Source: Octopus sinensis
Lineage: Eukaryota
DNA: 64,000 nt
Assembly (NCBI RefSeq): GCF_006345805.1
Contig: NC_043014.1
Span: 8,928,001 to 8,992,000, forward strand
Direction of reading: 5' to 3'
A program made the position numbers and the translations under genes. Of the stretch, positions 12,815 through 25,839 are shown one piece after another (the first letter of the stretch is position 1; every line of letters starts with the position of its first letter). Below the pieces are notes generated by a model, which saw only the letters and a program-made list of their open reading frames with translations, did no database searches and was not told the DNA's origin.

Positions 12815-12926
12815 ACCATCTATCTACCTATATATTTATCTAATTAGCCATCTGTATATCTGTCTACCAACCTATCGATCTATCTACCAGTCTGTATCTA
12901 TCTATCTAGCCATCTATCTATCTATC

Positions 12927-12994
<68 letters not shown>

Positions 12995-12997
12995 GCC

Positions 12998-13085
<88 letters not shown>

Positions 13086-13250
13086 CCTACCTACCTATCT
13101 ATCCATCTACCTATCTATCTATCTGTCCATCTACCTATCTATCTATCTATCCATATACCTATCTACCTATCTATCTATCCATCTCTACCTATCTCTCTCT
13201 GTCTGTCTCTCTCTATATATCTATCTTTCTATCTATCTGTTTATCTATCC
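12815..13250. repeat. (TATC)n microsatellite
   Basis: Direct inspection. Confidence 0.95.
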
Positions 13251-13478
13251 ACAGTACCGTCTTAAGGCATGGTCGTACTGGGCAATTGCTCGAAGGCCTC
13301 ACAGTTCTAAGGGCTCAATTTTGATCTATGTATGTTGTAACTTGCTGTCCAGAAATGCATATTGTAGGGTCCAGGGACCGATAATGCTGCCAAGATAACA
13401 CCCACCTCCGTATAAATCCATACATACCTACATACATACATGCACACAAATATATATGTCTGTGTGTGTGTGTGTATG

Positions 13479-13522
<44 letters not shown>

Positions 13523-13624
13523 ATATAATATATATATATATAATATATATATATATATGATTTGCCCTATAGATCGCTAGCCACTACACATTCTTTATTT
13601 TCTCTCCTTGTTTCTTTCTGTGTT

Positions 13625-13662
13625 CCTTCCTGGGGAAGAGCGTAGGCTCGAAACGTTAAAGG
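13625..13662 (+). ncRNA. Degenerate minimal type-I hammerhead-like motif in a (TA)n-flanked short repeat (13560-13750)
   Basis: CCTTC-CTGGGGA-A-GAGC[GTAG]GCTC-GAAAC-GTT-AAAGG. Stem II is perfect and GAAAC/GUU are present, but A6 is G and stem I has a mismatch next to the core. Confidence 0.45.
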
Positions 13663-13746
13663 CTTTTTCACTTCCCGAGCGTTATACTAATACATCTGTT
13701 TGTTGTCTACACCACCTGTCATCGCCTTCTTTTTTGTGTGAATTCT

Positions 13747-13834
<88 letters not shown>

Positions 13835-14275
13835 GTGTTCTCACCTAGGTAGATCTACTTGTCTGTCAACCGCTTGTCAATTTTTGTCACTGTTCATTTT
13901 ATACATACATAGATTACAGTTCTGTAAGTTTACTTACAAAAACATATATATATACACACACACCTTCGTTTTAGTTCTGTTCGTCTGTCCGTGTATAATA
14001 AAATAAGTTTAAATATTTCTTAATATTGAACAATCCTTTCTAACATAGAATATTAACGACAATTATATATATATATAAACACAATCACACATACACACAA
14101 TCTACACACACTACTTGTGCTGTTCTATATGTATTGAGAATATATATACATGATTTTCACACCCACTCATCGTCAACAACTAGCGAACCAACATCAGCAT
14201 CATTGTCATCTTCCTTTCTCTTCAGGCTCTGATGTAGCCTTGCTCACCCATTCTCTTTCTTTCTCTCTCTCACTT

Positions 14276-14334
<59 letters not shown>

Positions 14335-14536
14335 ACATTGGTAGAAGCTATCTAATTCGATTACTACTACTACTACTACTACTACTACTAATAATAATAA
14401 TAATAATAATCTCTATAATGCTCAGTATTGTCATTCATTTCATCAAGCTTCTATGTCACATCTGGACCATCTGCTAGAATGGTAATTCCAGTCTTTTACT
14501 TTTCTGTTCGTTCAATACACACCCACACACACAGAG

Positions 14537-14608
<72 letters not shown>

Positions 14609-14746
14609 TGTATATATGTCAGTGTAAACAAAGGCAGGAAGTACTCAATACTTAAAGTAGAGTGGTATAATTTCATGGAAGCTGAAACGTTACAACTGCA
14701 AATCTATTACCCTCCACATCTATCCATCCATCCATCCATCTATCTT

Positions 14747-14787
<41 letters not shown>

Positions 14788-14788
14788 A

Positions 14789-14831
<43 letters not shown>

Positions 14832-15547
14832 ATATGTATGTATGAATATTTGACCACACACACACACACATATATATATGATATACACCACTCGAAGGTA
14901 TGGAGAACTTAGGAGGACCCTGTGCCTTCCTACCAGGACTTTCTCTAAACTACTAAAGAATTAATATAGATGCAGCTCTCTTCACTTTTAAATGGACCTG
15001 TCATCACTCTTGTCCCATTTTTTCCAAATTTCTTTTGGGAGGGGCCTTACACACACACACACGCTGAAAATCGTTTTAGAATATGTTGTTGGATCTTGGG
15101 TTGAATGACTTTAAAGCACAACTTTAAACCTACTTAGTCTGCTCTGGTGTCTATGAAACGGGTTAATGAGATTGTGTGTGTGAGAGAGAGAGAATGAGAG
15201 AGAGCTGGGTGGATAGAACAGATGAGTTTTGCAAACCTTAACAGACAAGTGTTTAGTTTAAACATCTATGGATGAGAGTCGGCAGGAAAAGTATGAATGA
15301 AGAGGGAGATAATTCCAGACTTTCTGAAGTTCATGGTAGCATTTGTGCATGATTGGCAAAATGAGAACTCGTTGGGATGACCGGATGATGACAAGAGACG
15401 GATGACGAGTTTGGTTTAATAGGTGCGCAGAAAGAAATGGAAAAGTGTTTGTAGTGATGGAATCAGCATCATTTAACATCCGTTTTCCATGCTAGCATAT
15501 GTTTTGGAATGGTCTTTACATCTGGAATAGAAGAGCCAGACAAAGGG

Positions 15548-15860
15548 ACATCATCATCATCATCATCGTTTAGCGTCCGCTTTCCATGCTAGCATGGGTT
15601 GGACGGTTCAACCGGGGTTCTGGGAAGCCAGAAGGCTGCACCAGGCTCCAGTCTGATCTGGCAATGTTTCTACGGCTGGATGCCCTTCCTAATGCCAACC
15701 ACTCCATGAGTGTAGTGGGTGCTTTTTACATGCCACTGGCACAGGTGCCAGACGAGGCTGACAAACAGCCACGAACGGATGGTGCTTTTTACGTGCCACC
15801 AGCACAGAAGCCAGTAGGGGCGGCGCTGGCAACGGCCACGTTCGGATGGTTGGCCACGTT
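15548..15860 (-). mobile_element. Solo RTE-LINE 3' tail ((GAT)n end, 3' UTR tandem units)
   Basis: Same sequence as the 3' UTR of the ORF-bearing RTE at 25840-27280. Confidence 0.85.
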
Positions 15861-15924
15861 AGTGTTTTATTATTCTTTCTGTATCCTTTTTCTATTATTC
15901 TGCTCCTTTTCTATATTGCTATGG

Positions 15925-16258
15925 CAACAGGAGCACTCCGTCGGTTACGACGACGAGGGTCCCAGCTGATACGATCAACGGAACAGCTTCCTCGTGAAAT
16001 TAACGTGCAAGGGGTTGAACATTCCACAGACACGTGTACCCTTAATGTAGTTCGCAAGGGGATTCAGCGTGACACAGAGTGTGACAAAGCTGACCCTTTT
16101 TTGAAATCCAGGTACAATGCATTTTTGCCAGCTGAGTGGACAGGAGCACCATGAAATAAAGTGTCTTGCTCAAGAATACAATGCGTTGCCTGGAATCGAA
16201 CTCACAACCTTATGATCATGAGCCGAATGCCCCTAACCACTAAGCCACACGTCCCCAC
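15925..16258 (-). mobile_element. tRNA-derived SINE (family C), near full length
   Basis: Minus strand head cgtgtggcttagtggttagggg..gagttcgattccagg and tail ending ccctcgtcgtcgtaaccgacggagtgc; a tail fragment also lies at 21825-21915. Confidence 0.8.
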
Positions 16259-16414
16259 TATGGCAATACACATACTGAAATTAGAATGATACAGAGATTA
16301 GCGTGACCCCTGTGCAAGGATAATATGCAAATTTGTGATGCACTCTATATTGAGCTGACAAAGCCATTGGCAAATCAGATAAAAATGCTGAGTGCATTTT
16401 TTTCTGGCTTTGCA

Positions 16415-16925
16415 TTCATCATCACCGTCATGGTTTAACGTCCGTTTTCCATGCTAGCATGGGTTGGACAGTTCAACCGGGGTCTGGGAAGCCAGGAGGC
16501 TGCACCAGGCTCCAGTCTGATCTGGCAATGTTTCTACAGCTGGATGCCCTTCCTAATGCCAACCACTCTGTGAGTGTAGTGGCTGCTTTTTACGTTCCAC
16601 CGGCACAGGTGCCAGGGGAGGCTGACAACGTCCACGATTGGTTGGTTCTGGTTACGTGCCACCGGCACGGAAGCCAGTCAAGGCGGTGCTGGCATCGACC
16701 ACATACGGATGGTGCTTTTTACGTTCCACTGGCACAGGTGCCAGGGGAAGCTGGCAACAGCCACGATCAGTTGGTGCTTTTTTTACGTGCCACCAGCACG
16801 GAAGCCAGTCAAGGCGGTGCTGGCATTGACCACATACAGATACTGCTTTTTACGTGCCACCAGCACAGGTGTCAGGTGAGGCTGGCAACGGCCACGATCG
16901 GTTGGTGCTTTTTACATGCCACTCC
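16415..16925 (-). mobile_element. Solo RTE-LINE 3' tail with about 5 internal tandem units
   Basis: As 15548-15860. Confidence 0.85.
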
Positions 16926-17562
16926 ATTGAGGTTGACTTGGCCTGTCATCCTTTTACGGGTCAACAAAATAAGTACCAGTTGAGCTCTGGGGCTAATGTA
17001 ATTGATTAGCTCCCTGCCCCCAGAATTTCTACCTATAGTAGAAAGGCTTATTAACACAGTGGTTTGGGTGTGGCACTCACTATCGCTACATCGTATGTTC
17101 AATTCCTGGATCGAGCTGCGTGTTGTGCCCCTGAGCAAGACGTTTCATTTTACGTCGGTCTGCAATCATTACGACATCAAACGTGCAGCACACCTGTACA
17201 GGTAGTGTCGATTCGAAATTTGATGAAGTGATTGTTTATTTTTAGAATGACATTGTTGGGTAGGTGTAAGAAGCTGGATCTGACCAGTTTGATCATAAAA
17301 CCAGGTAGAATATTTGGGCTGGATGGGGCCAGTTTAAATGCCAAGGGTCAAAGTAGCAATATGATGAAAGTCTGCAAACTTCATGTTCTGAGTTCAAATG
17401 CTGCTGTAATCAACTTTGCCTTTTTTATCCTTTCAGGGGTTGATAACACATGTACCTTTTGAACTCTGGGGAGTTGGTGTAATTGATTTATCCCCTCACC
17501 TGAAATTGCTGGCCTTGTGCTCAAATTTGAAATCAGTATTATGACAGTAGTGGTTATCAAAG

Positions 17563-17910
17563 CAGTAGCGTAACTAGGGGTCTTGTGGGGCAAGGGGAGG
17601 CACGTGCCCCGGGCGCCGATTGAAGCGGGGGTGCCCCCTCATCAAAAACAAATGTTTTTTAATGTTTCACTCAGAGGAAGCTGGTGCATTAAATGGTTAA
17701 AATAAGGAGGTTTCGTAAAAGTAAACACTCAAAAGATATATTTTGAATTACAAGCCATACCGAACCAGCAGGAAAATTAATCCTGGTAAAGTATTTATTC
17801 CTGAAATATTACTTTAAAACATTAATTACTTGTAACAAATAATTGAGGAGTGGGGGGAGGGGCATTTTTGCGTCTTGCCCCAGGCATGGTTTACCCTAGC
17901 TATGCCACTG
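17563..17910. mobile_element. hAT-like MITE
   Basis: Terminal inverted repeats cagtagcgtaactaggg / ccctagctatgccactg; 8-bp flanks tatcaaag / tattactg match only partly. Confidence 0.65.
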
Positions 17911-18035
17911 TATTACTGGCATATCCCCTGTCCCAATTTTTCTTAATTAGAAACTAAAACACTATTTTAGTTTGCTGTCAAACATTTCTTCTTTCTTCAT
18001 GTTTGTGTTGGATAGGTTTAAAAAGTTGTAAAACC

Positions 18036-18455
18036 ATAGGCGCAGGAGTGGCTGTGTGGTATGTAGCTTGCTTACCAACCACATGGTTCCGGGTTCAGTC
18101 CCACTGCGTGGCATCTTGGGCATGTGTCTTCTACTATAGCCTTGGGCCAACCAAAGCCTTGTGAGTGGATTTGGTAGACAGAAACTGAAAGAAGCCTGTC
18201 GTATATATGTATATATATATGTGTGTGTGTGTGTGTATGTTTGTGTGTCTGTGTTTGTCCCCCTAGCATTGCTTGACAACTGATGCTGGTGTGTTTACGT
18301 CCCCGTCACTTAGCGGTTCGGCAAAAAGAGACCGATAGAATAAGTACTGGGCTTACAAAGAATAAGTCCCGGGGTCGATTTTCTCAACTAAAGGTGGTGC
18401 TCCAGCATGGCCGCAGTGAAATGACTGAAACAAGTAAAAGAGTAAAAGAGAGAGT
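18036..18455 (+). mobile_element. SINE family A, full copy
   Basis: Complete head-to-tail match to the other copies. Confidence 0.9.
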
Positions 18456-18577
18456 ATCAGAAATTGATTTAATATAGCAGGTTGTCCACCCCGCCAACTT
18501 TTAGTAATAAAGTTTGTTGTTGTTGGATTCTCATTGCTTTGATGAATGAGAATTAACCCTATAGTATTTAATCTAGC

Positions 18578-18905
18578 CATATGGGTCAGTGGTTAGAGCG
18601 TCGAGCTTATGATCATGAGGTTGTGAGTTCGATTCCCAGACCAGGCTGCATGTTGTGTTCTTGAGCAAGACACTTTTTTTCATATTGCTCCAGTTCACTC
18701 AGTTGTAGAAATGAGTTTTGACATCACTGGTGCCAAGCTGTATCGGCCCCTTTGCCTTTCCCCTTGGGTAACATCAGTGGTGTGAAGAGGGAAGGCTGGT
18801 ATCCATGGGCAACTGCTGGTCTTCCACAAACAACCTTACCTGGACTTGTGCCTCGGAGGGTAACTTTCTAGGTGCAATCCCATGGTCATTCATGACCGAA
18901 GGGGG
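18578..18905 (+). mobile_element. tRNA-derived SINE (family C-related)
   Basis: tgggtcagtggttagagcg..gagttcgattcccag A/B boxes followed by gttcttgagcaagacac. Confidence 0.75.
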
Positions 18906-19111
18906 TCTCCTATCAGGCTGAAATACCCTACATGCTTTATGTTCAAACAGGGCAGATCAGGTTTCTCACGCCTACCCTGAAATGTCGTTCTGAAAAATAG
19001 ACAATCACATCACCGAAAACTCAAAGCTACAAAATAAAGTATCATTAATTTGAAACAATGTGAAGAAATAAGCATTACATTTGATAAAATAATCTGAATG
19101 TAAAGGGTTAA
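18905..19111. mobile_element. piggyBac-type MITE fragment (..AAAGGG|TTAA end); relatives at 17215-17350, 21060-21194 and 51769-51905
   Basis: GGG|TTAA terminus and internal sequence shared among these copies. Confidence 0.6.
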
Positions 19112-19429
19112 GCAAAGTACGGCTTCATGTTGTTCTTAGTTCAATGTTTTGGCATGTCCATTGGATCATGATAATACATGATGTTTGTGTTGGTATCATA
19201 GTTTGCTGAACAACATGCACGATGGGCATATTATGATGGGCGTGGTTTGTGCAGGGCCTGTTCCACACTGCTGTCCTTCTTCAAACTTGTATTGATTTGG
19301 TGCAACAAGTGCCACTATCCCAATACTTATCTGGATGCAGGACTTATAGGAAGTTACCTTGTCTGAGACGAGCCACTAAGGAGCTGCTGGACCTCATCTG
19401 CCCTGGGTCAATAGCAGCATCTGCAAGTG

Positions 19430-19806
19430 GAGGCGCAATGGCCCAGTGGTTAGGGCAGCGGACTCGCGGTCGGAGGATCGCGGTTTCAATTCCCAGACCG
19501 GGCATTGTGAGAGTTTATTGAGCGAAAACACCTAAAGCTCCACGAGGCTCCAGCAGGGGCTGGTGGTGACCCCTGTTGTACTCTTTCGCTCCAACTTTCT
19601 CTCACTCTTTCTTCCTGTTTCTTGTCCCCGACCTCCTACGCAACTGCTGAGCCTGGATGCACATTCATCCATCCATCGATGCTCTCGGTGTCGGAGGTTG
19701 ACCTGGTTTCTCTTCTGCAGATCTTACGAATAGCAAAGGACCACGTTTTGGACTTCTCCCACTACAGCTGGGACGCAGACCGCTTAGCTCAACAAACAAA
19801 CCAACA
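19430..19806 (+). mobile_element. tRNA-derived SINE family B with a 17-bp target-site duplication
   Basis: Head gaggcgcaatggcccagtggttaggg..gtttcaattccc; TSD agcagcatctgcaagtg at 19413-19429 and 19807-19823. Confidence 0.9.
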
Positions 19807-19922
19807 AGCAGCATCTGCAAGTGATCTTCTTCCTGAGACAGTTCTGTAACATGCTAATTAATAAATAAAATTCCTTACAACAAATATTTCAGTACTGGGG
19901 TTGATTTGCTCGACTGAAATAT

Positions 19923-20331
19923 TAGGCATAGGAGTGGCTGTGTGGTAAGTAGCTTGCTTACGAACCATATGGTTTCAGGTTCAGTCCCACTGCGTGGCGC
20001 CTTGGGCAAGTGTCTTCTGCTACAGCCTCGGGCCGACTAAAGCCTTGTGAGTGGATTTGGTAGACGGAAACTGAAAGAAGCCCGTCGTATATATGTATAT
20101 ATATGTGTGTGTGTGTATGTTTGTGTGTCTGTGTTTGTCCCCCCCAACATTGCTTGACAACCAATGCTGGTGTGTTTACGTCCCTGTAACTTATTGTTTG
20201 GGAAAAGAGACTGATAGAATAAGTACTAGGCTTACAAAGAATAAGTCCTGGGGGCGATTTTCTCAACTAAAAATGCGGTGCTCCAGCATGGCCACAGTCA
20301 AATGACTGAAACAAGTAAAAGAGTAAAGAGT
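19923..20331 (+). mobile_element. SINE family A, full copy
   Basis: Matches the family consensus seen in this window. Confidence 0.9.
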
Positions 20332-20399
20332 AATGAGTACAAATGAACAAAACTTAATCTTTAACCATTTAGCGTTCAAATGGCACTCGTGAAATCAAG

Positions 20400-20612
20400 C
20401 CATTGTCTGTGCCATGTAAATGGCACCCGTGCTGGTGGCATGTTAAAATACCCATCACACTCTTGGAGTGGTTGGCATTAGGAAGGGCATCCAGCTGTAG
20501 AAACTTTGCTAAATCAGACTGGAATCTGGTGCAGCCTCCTAGTTTACTGGTTTCAGTTAAAACGTCTAACCCATGCCAGCATGAAAAAGTGGACGTTAAA
20601 TGATGATGATAC
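20400..20612 (+). mobile_element. Solo RTE 3' tail
   Basis: ggcattaggaagggcatccagctgtagaaac..catgccagcatg..gatgatgat. Confidence 0.8.
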
Positions 20613-20664
20613 GGATGAGGATTATTCTGTCAAGCATAATACTTATTTATTCAAATTTTTTTTT

Positions 20665-21037
20665 TTTTACCTGTTTCAGTCATTTTGACTGCGGCCATGC
20701 TGGAGCACCGCCTTTAATCGAGCAACTCGACCCCGGGACTTATTCTTTGTAAGCCCAGTACTTATTCTATTGGTCTCTTTTGCCGAACCGCTAAGTGATG
20801 GGGACATAAACACAACAGCATCGGTTGTCAAGTAATGCTAGGGGAACAAACACAGACACACATACATATATATACATATATACGACGAGCTTCTTTCAGT
20901 TTCCGTCTACCAAATACACTCACAAGGCTTTGGTCGGCCCGAGGCTATAGTAGAAGACACTTGCCGAAGGTGCCACGCAGTGGGACTGAACCCAGAACCA
21001 TGTGGTTGGTAAGCAAGCTACTTACCACACAGCCACA
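20665..21037 (-). mobile_element. SINE family A
   Basis: Matches the family. Confidence 0.9.
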
Positions 21038-21343
21038 CCTCTCATGCATTATCTCACTGCTTCTAGATATCAGTAATGTGATAGTATTTTTTTGTAATGA
21101 CATTGTATGGTAGGTGTGAGAAGATAGATCTGGCTACTTTGAACGTGTAGATTATTTTAGCTTGATAGGGCTGGTTTAAATGCTAAAGGGTTAACAGCCA
21201 AAATTTATTGTTTCAGCATTGAAAAAAATGAGTATTTTCTTGACAATCCTTTAACTCTTTTGTTACTGTATTTATTTTTAGATGCTCTGTGTTTCTTTCA
21301 ATTAATTTTAAATATGTTGTATTGTTTGTACGTCAAACCTTAA

Positions 21344-21821
21344 CCCTTTCGTTACTAACCCAGCTGAAACCACTTCTGGCTCTGTAGTACAAATGTTTTT
21401 ATTTTCATAAGTTTTGAATTAAAATCTTCCACCAAACTTTAGTCACAATTTATGTTCCCAACACCAGCTTAATGATAACTAAGTTATTTTACTAAATTCT
21501 TTGTTATATTTAAAGTTAATTAAAAGAAACACAGAGCATCTCAACAGAAATATGGTAACAAAAGGGTTAAAATATATATAATAGAGAAACAATTCTTAAT
21601 CCTTACCATACCAACCCGGCTGAAAGTACTTCTGGCCCTGTAGTACAAATGTCTTGTTTTCATAAGTTTTGAATTAAAATCTTCCACCAAACCTTAGTCA
21701 CAATTTATGTTCCTAACACCAGCTTAATGATAACTAAGTTATTTTACTAAATTCTTTGTTATATTTAAAGTTAATTAAAAGAAACACAGAGCATCTCAAC
21801 AGAAATATGGTAACAAAAGGG
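21344..21821. mobile_element. Two adjacent copies of a ~223-bp piggyBac-type MITE (21344-21566, 21600-21821)
   Basis: TTAA|CCCTTTCGTTAC ... GTAACAAAAGGG|TTAA; the second copy has a decayed left end; an inverted end fragment lies at ~21250-21315. Confidence 0.85.
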
Positions 21822-22691
21822 TTAAAAGTACACATGTCTGTGGAGTGCTCAACCACTTGCATGTTAATTTGATGAGCAGGCTGTTCTGTTCATCGGATTT
21901 ACTGGAACACTTGCCAATTATTTATGTGCGACTGCTGAACGAAATAGAAGAGTCCTCTGTGTCCGTATTGTCTCATGTTTAATTTTCTATATTTACCCAT
22001 GTATTAGTCACCATCTTGATTTAGCATTAAATGTTGGTACAAATCTATTACCCTTCATAGTACTAGCTCTGCCCATGTATGAGTTGTACCCCACTTTTAT
22101 CACTTAGAAATAAAATACAAAACAGCATGCAAAGTTTACTTCCCAACCACATGGTTCTGGGTTCATTCCCACTGCTTGGCACCTTGGGCAAGTGTCTTCT
22201 ACTATAGCCTTGGGCTGATCAAAGCCTTGTGAGTGGATTTGGTAGATGGAAACTGAAAGAAGCCCATTGTATGTGCGTATGCATGTGACAAATGGTGTTG
22301 GTGTGTTTATGTCCCTGTAATTAACTTAGTGGCTTGGAAAAAGTGATCGATAAAATAAATACTAGGTTTTACAAAAAGTCACGGGGTTGACTTTTTTGAC
22401 TAAAATTCTTCAAGGTGGTGCTGCAACATGGCCACTGTCTAATGTCTGAAACTAGTAAAAGGTAGGTAGATACAGTAGATAGAAATTTCGTTAACCGAAA
22501 TAATTTCAGTTTCCATTTACCAAATCCACTCATAAGGCTTTTCTTAGCTCAAGGCCATAGCAGAAGACACTTGCCCCAGGTGTTGTGCATTGGGTCTGAA
22601 CCCAGAACCATGTGGTTGGGAAGCAAGCCCGCTTACCAGACAGCTACACCTGCACCTAATATGTATTATTACTATACTATCAAAAATAATA

Positions 22692-22915
22692 CTCTTTACC
22701 CTTTACTTGTTTCAGTCATTTGACTGCGGCCATGCTGGAGCACCGCCTTTAGTCAAAGAAATCGACCCCAAGACTTATTCTTTGTAGGCCTAGTACTTAT
22801 TCTATTAGTCTCTTTTGCTGACCCGCTAAGTTACGGGGACATAAACATACTAGCATCGGTTGTCAAGTGATGTTGGGGAACAAACACACACAAACATACA
22901 CACACACACACACGC

Positions 22916-22959
<44 letters not shown>

Positions 22960-23530
22960 GTGTGTGTGTGTATATATATATACGACAAGCTTCTTTCAGT
23001 TTCCATCTACCAAATCCACTCACAAGGCTTTGGTTGGCCTGAGGCTATAGAAGACACTTGCTCAATGTGCCACGTAGTGAGACTGAACCCAAAACCATGT
23101 GGTTGGTAAGCAAGCTACTTACCACACAGCCACTCCTGCACCTACAATTTCTGAAGAATAGGCGCAGAAGTGGCTGTGTGGTAAGAAGCTTGCTTCCTAA
23201 CCACATGGTTCCAGGTTCAGTCCCATTGCATGGTACCTTGGGCAAGTGTCTTCTTCTATAGCCTTGGGCCTACCAAAGCCTTGTGGGTGGATTTGGTAGA
23301 CAGAAACTGAAAGAAGCCCATCATATATATATGTGTGTGTGTGTATTATTTGTGTCTGTGTTTGCCCCACCACCACCATCACTTGACAACCAATGTTGGT
23401 GTGTTTATGTCCCCGTCACGTAGCGGTTTGGCAAAAGAGACCTAATGAATAAGTACTAGGCTTACAAAAAATAAGTCCTGGGGTCAATTTGTTTGACTAA
23501 AGGCGGTGCTCCAGCATGGCCATGACTGGA
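22692..23530. mobile_element. Head-to-head pair of family A SINEs (22692-23144 minus, 23158-23530 plus)
   Basis: 13-nt spacer between the two heads; further diverged copies at 22130-22465 (+) and 22510-22650 (-). Confidence 0.85.
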
Positions 23531-23844
23531 ACTTCATAAAAAGAATCCTTGTATTTACCATTGGTAAATAAAAGTATTCATGAGGAATCCCCACAGCTAT
23601 TTCTGTTACCATGGATAAGAATACAAAAAAAAAAAAACCCAACAAAAACAACATGGTTCCAAATAAATAGCGTAGTGTGGTACCAAGAAATATGTTAGTA
23701 TACTTGTTGTTGGCTGAAAAATAAAAGACACATTGGAACCGCTGGCATTTGGTCAAGTAGACAAGCCTAAAAGTAATTCCTTGTAAATTGTTCTTATTTT
23801 TAAAAAATTTTGCTATGACAGTAAACTGTCAGAATTATTATGCC

Positions 23845-24234
23845 CTAGCAGTATCGCCCGGCATTGCTCGGGTTTGTTTCGACCCTTTAGAATTGGAATT
23901 TTTGAAAAGTAAAATAATTTTGCATGATGTAGCTTGTTATTCTCTTCAAGTGAACGTTTTTCTGGTTGAAATACACCGAAAAATGGCGACACAGCAGTCA
24001 AAAGATCGTAAAAAATAGGGATTTTCATAGAAAAAAAGTACCTATTTGATGTAAATAATTTTTGGTGTTAACATGGTCCGATTTGAATTTTATCTTCTAT
24101 GGAAGGAAGAGCAAACCTTCTTCTATCATACTCTCAATTTTGGTCAACTTGCACTGCAGGGTCTTGGAGGAAATAGTGTTTCTTGAAGGCTACCAAACCT
24201 GCCACACAAACAACTTCAGCTTTATATATATAGA
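23845..24234 (-). mobile_element. Non-autonomous Helitron (Lep1-like termini)
   Basis: Minus strand 5' A|TCTATATATATAAAG and 3' cccgagcaatgccgggcgatactgCTAG with a subterminal hairpin. Confidence 0.8.
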
Positions 24235-24264
24235 TTGGACAAAATGGTTACCTGTATTTCATCC

Positions 24265-24720
24265 AGCTCCTTAAATTCTGAGTTCAAATTCTGCTAAGGT
24301 CAGCTTTGTCTTTTACCACTGTGCATTTAAGAAGATAAAGTAATGGGGTTGATATTCCTTACATTCTCTGTTCAAATTCCGTTTAGGTTCGCTTAGCTTT
24401 TTACTTTTCTGGGTTAGATAAGATAAAGTACTGGGGTTGATACTCCTTAAATTCTGAGTTCAAATTCTGCTAAGGTCAACTTGGCCAATTTACCTTTCTG
24501 GGGTTTGACAAGATAAAATATAGAGATTGATAACTATTTACATTCTGAGTTCAAATTCTGCTGAGGTCTTTTACCCCTCTGGGTTCCATGAGATAAAGTA
24601 CGGAGGTCAGTGCCCCTTACATTCTGAGTTCAAATTCCACTGAAGTCAGTTTTGACTTTTGCCCCTCTGGGTCCAATAAGATAAAGTACCAGTAATGTAC
24701 TGAGGGTTGAGGTAAACAGT
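24265..24720 (+). repeat. Degenerate ~80-90-bp tandem array derived from the family D SINE core
   Basis: ttctgagttcaaatt(c) or a variant recurs at 24276, 24364, 24452, 24543 and 24622. Confidence 0.8.
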
Positions 24721-24749
24721 TTACCCACTTCCTCTAAAATTACTAATCT

Positions 24750-24952
24750 TACTCTTTTACTCGTTTCAGTCATTGGACTGTGGCCATGCTGGAGCACTGC
24801 CTTTAGCCGAGGAAATTGATCTAGGATTTATTCTTTGTAAGCCAAGTACTTAGTCTATCGGTCTCTTATGCCGAACTGCTAAGTTACGGGGACATAAACA
24901 CACCAGCGATGTCAAGCGATGTTGATGGAGGGCCACATACACAGCCACACAG

Positions 24953-25026
<74 letters not shown>

Positions 25027-25823
25027 CACTCATATATACATACATATATACGACAGGCTTCTAGTTTCTGTCTTTCAAATCCGCTCACAAGGCTTTGGTC
25101 GGCCCGAGGCTATAGTAGAGGACACTTGCCCAAGGTGCCACATTAGTGAGACTGAACCCAGAACCATGTGGTTGGTAAGCAAGCTACTTACCACACAGCC
25201 ACTCCTGCACCTAAAAAATATGGAACGCTTCACAAATTTGTGTGTCACCCTTGTGTAAAAATTTCAAACTTTTTAAATTCTTTAAGGTGGTGAAGTGGCA
25301 GAGTTGTTAAGCATAGAGCCAAATGCTTGGTGGTATTTCCTCCACCTTCTTATTCTCTGAGTTCAATTCCCAATAAAGTCAGCTTTGCCTTCAATTTTTT
25401 ACGGAGTTAAAAAAAAAAATGGGGGGCACCAATTGAGCACTGCGGTTGATGTGATTAGTTGCTTACCAACCACATGGTTCTGGGTTCAGTCCCACTGCGT
25501 GGCACCTTGGGCAAGTGTCTTCTATTATAGCCTCAGGCCGACCAAACCTTGTGAGTGGATTCAGTAGATGGAAACTGAAAGAAGCCCGTCGTATATATGT
25601 ATGTATATGTATATATATATGTGTGTGTGTTTGTCCCCCCCCAACATCGCTTGACAACCGATGCTGGTGTGTTTGCATCCCCGTAACTTAGCTGTTCGAT
25701 GAAAGAGACCGATAGAGTAAGTACTAGGCTTACAAAGAATAAGTCCTGGGGTCGATTTCCTCGACTAAAGGCCGTGCTCCAGCATGGCCGTAGTCAACTG
25801 ATGACTGAAACAAGTAAAAGAGT
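24750..25823. mobile_element. Family A SINEs: 24750-25213 (-) and 5'-truncated 25455-25823 (+)
   Basis: Matches the family. Confidence 0.85.
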
Positions 25824-25839
25824 ATATATATATATATAT

